Positions 61,960-64,000 of a stretch of DNA of 64,000 nucleotides are shown piece after piece. Under the pieces are notes generated by a model, which had not been told where the DNA came from, did not search any database, and saw nothing but the letters and a program-made list of their open reading frames with translations. A program made the translations under genes and the position numbers. This DNA is from Dictyostelium discoideum (Eukaryota): assembly GCA_000004695.1 (NCBI GenBank), contig CM000155.2:32001-96000 (forward strand), given 5' to 3'. Numbering within the stretch: the first letter of the stretch is position 1; every line of letters begins with the position of its first letter.

Positions 61960-64000
61960 CTATACATTGTTTGTTGTTGTTGTTGTTGTTGTTGTTGTGG
62001 TTGTTGTTGTTGTGGTGGTAGTAGTGGTTGTATTATTACAAAAACTATTTGAAAAGAAGGAAGAACTATTATTATCAGAATTAAAAATTGATCTTGAAAA
62101 TGATTGGCTTCCAACCAATTTAGTTTGTATATAATCGATATAGTCACTAAGATAAGAGGAGATTTCTTCAGATTCAGTTGTTTGTAATACGATTCTACCC
62201 ATTTCATAATCACCAAAATCCAAAGTTAAACATTGTGTATCCTTATGATAAGCCCATCTTCTTAGATGAGTTAGGGGATATTCTACGAGGAATTTCTTTG
62301 TTTTTGCAGTCATAAACAATATACATTTTCTACTGAAACCCAATACCAATGGTTGATTGATTGGAATTTGTTGAGATCCACCAAAACCATTGCCACCAGT
62401 ATTAATTCCACTACCATTACCACCAATACCACTGCCACCACCACCACTTCCACCATTTCCACCAGTGATAATGCCATTACCATTGATACCATTGTTACTA
62501 TTACCACCATTGTTATTACTACTACTGCTGCTACTTCCATTAGTTTTATTTGGTAATAATTGACGAACACTAAAAAAGATAGCACCAAAAGTTTTCAAAG
62601 AACGACATAGTTGAACGTAACGATACTTTGCATAAACCTCTTTGATACCACGTAGATTTTGATGTTCTTTGTAAATTGACTTTTCAATCTTTTGAAAACT
62701 TAGACCCCACAATTCCAAACTGTTGGGTGGTAAAAAGAATTTCAAATCTTGAGACTTTAAAAAGCCAGGTTTATGGATGTTTGGATTGTGATCACCAAAG
62801 TTAATCTGAAATAGTGTTGCTGCCAATTGAATTGCTTCCTCTTTTGAACAAGTATAGGTATTTGATATGATAGCATCCTTAGATTGGAAAAACAAAAGAT
62901 TAAAATAAACTGGATCACTATTACAATCATCAGCTGCACCAATATCACTTGTATAGAATTTCTTTTTAAATAATAATTTACTATCTGGTGATATCGATTG
63001 TTCTGATAATGGTTGATATGGTTTTAACCAAATACCACCTAATGATGATGATGTTGATGTTGATGTCGATTGTTCATCATTTGAATTATTTAAAATATTT
63101 GAATTTGAATTTGAATTTGAATTATTACTTATACTACTATTTACAATATAACTGTTATAAAATACATTATTTACATTACTATTATTTAACCCATCAAAAA
63201 TACCACTATTATTAACTGATGATGATGATGATGATGAAGTTGAACTATTATTACTATTATTATTATTATTATTATTTTTATTATTTACTATTAATTGAAG
63301 AGAAAATTCTTCAGGATTTTTTATACCTAATTTTAAGCCAATTTCTTGAGTGATTTCAGAGACTGTTTTTTGTTCATCTACAACAAAACTTTTTACTTTT
63401 TTATCTGAAAACTTTACAACAATCTCTCTTTCTTTGGCTGGTGATGCTATTAATATAAAAAATAGAAATAATAAAAAAAAAATTAGTTTTAATATGAATT
63501 TAAATTAAAATAAAAAAATAAAAACTTACATTTTGAAAAAGATAAAATCATTTTTGAAGATAAGTCAGTTAAAACTTTTAAAACTTTTGTAACTTTTGTA
63601 TCTTTGTTTAATTCTTTATTAACCATTGAACCAGTGATTTGAGTTGATAATGGATTGATATAAAGTTTCTTTGGTTCAATGTAGAGTGCACATTTCTTTA
63701 TGACTAAACCATATTGATATTTCCAATCTTTATCTTTGGTATTTGATTTGGAAGAATCAAACTCCATTGAATCAGAGGAACAATTTGAACAAGTTGATAA
63801 TCTTTTTCTACCATTAGTCAATGAATTTCTACCACTAACAGAGAGATAATTTTGATCCCATTGTTTTTGAATCGATGGTGTTTCCCTAAGATTATGATGA
63901 ATATAAGACGAGAGTACATGTGAAATTGCCTCTGCTTCCATTGAAATGAATGTATCCTTTCTATCATTATATTCAATTGTAAATACATTATTCAATACAT
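61960..64000 (-). CDS. Talin-head-like FERM-domain protein (Frm family-like). Exons in window are 63530..64000 (5' end beyond window) and 61960..63446.
   Basis: Donor T|GTAAGT at 63524-63529 and acceptor aatAG at 63447-63448. F1-F3 lobes align to the talin head: AIQLAATLFQINFGDHNPNIHKPGFLKSQDLKFFLP (talin FAGFQCQIQFGPHNEQKHKAGFLDLKDFLP), YAKYRYVQLCRSLKTFGAIFFSV (KVRYVKLARSLKTYGVSFFLV) and ILFMTAKTKKFLVEYPLTHLRRWAYHKDTQCLTLDFGDYEMGRIVLQTTESEEISSYLSDYIDYI (VMRVDEKTKEVIQEWNLTNIKRWAASPKSFTLDFGDYQDGYYSVQTTEGEQIAQLIAGYIDII). There is no room for a rod domain, since the ORF stops at 61960 with SHMT 1 kb downstream. A Gly/Asn-rich insert sits in F3 and a poly-Thr tail follows. Confidence 0.7.

Overview
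The window looks like Dictyostelium discoideum nuclear DNA, judging by about 20-25% GC, long A/T homopolymers, short AT-rich GT..AG introns and coding poly-N/Q/T tracts. I found no rRNA, tRNA, CRISPR array or intact transposon. About 25 protein-coding genes can be modelled by hand splicing of the six-frame track, with identities inferred from remembered family motifs.

In window order they are:
- a WH2/Pro-rich/LIM protein, partial at its 3' end
- a STE20-family kinase
- an Spg1/Tem1-type GTPase
- eIF2B-beta
- D-tyrosyl-tRNA deacylase
- a mucolipin/TRPML channel
- an intronless YpsA/SLOG-like protein
- an FLVCR-like MFS transporter
- a monothiol-glutaredoxin-like protein lacking the active-site Cys
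- a GlcNAc-type glycosyltransferase
- serine palmitoyltransferase LCB2
- two large low-complexity hypothetical proteins
- TMEM184
- myosin heavy chain kinase A (alpha-kinase plus WD40)
- a small secreted CBD-like protein
- a degenerate Ras/Rab-like pseudo-GTPase
- dihydrolipoamide dehydrogenase
- Mediator MED14
- Ran
- a Qri7/OSGEPL1 t6A enzyme
- importin-beta3/RanBP5
- a gene fusing a sarcosine-oxidase-like and an L-amino-acid-oxidase-like flavoenzyme
- SHMT
- a talin-head-like FERM protein, partial at its 5' end

The track's 'M' is often GTG or TTG rather than ATG, so starts and exon junctions were re-derived by hand. Coordinates near junctions may be off by a few nucleotides. The most notable observations are the roughly 1080-aa MSOX-LAAO fusion flavoprotein, the bacterial-type YpsA/SLOG protein, the verprolin-like WH2 plus LIM architecture, and the Cys-less glutaredoxin.
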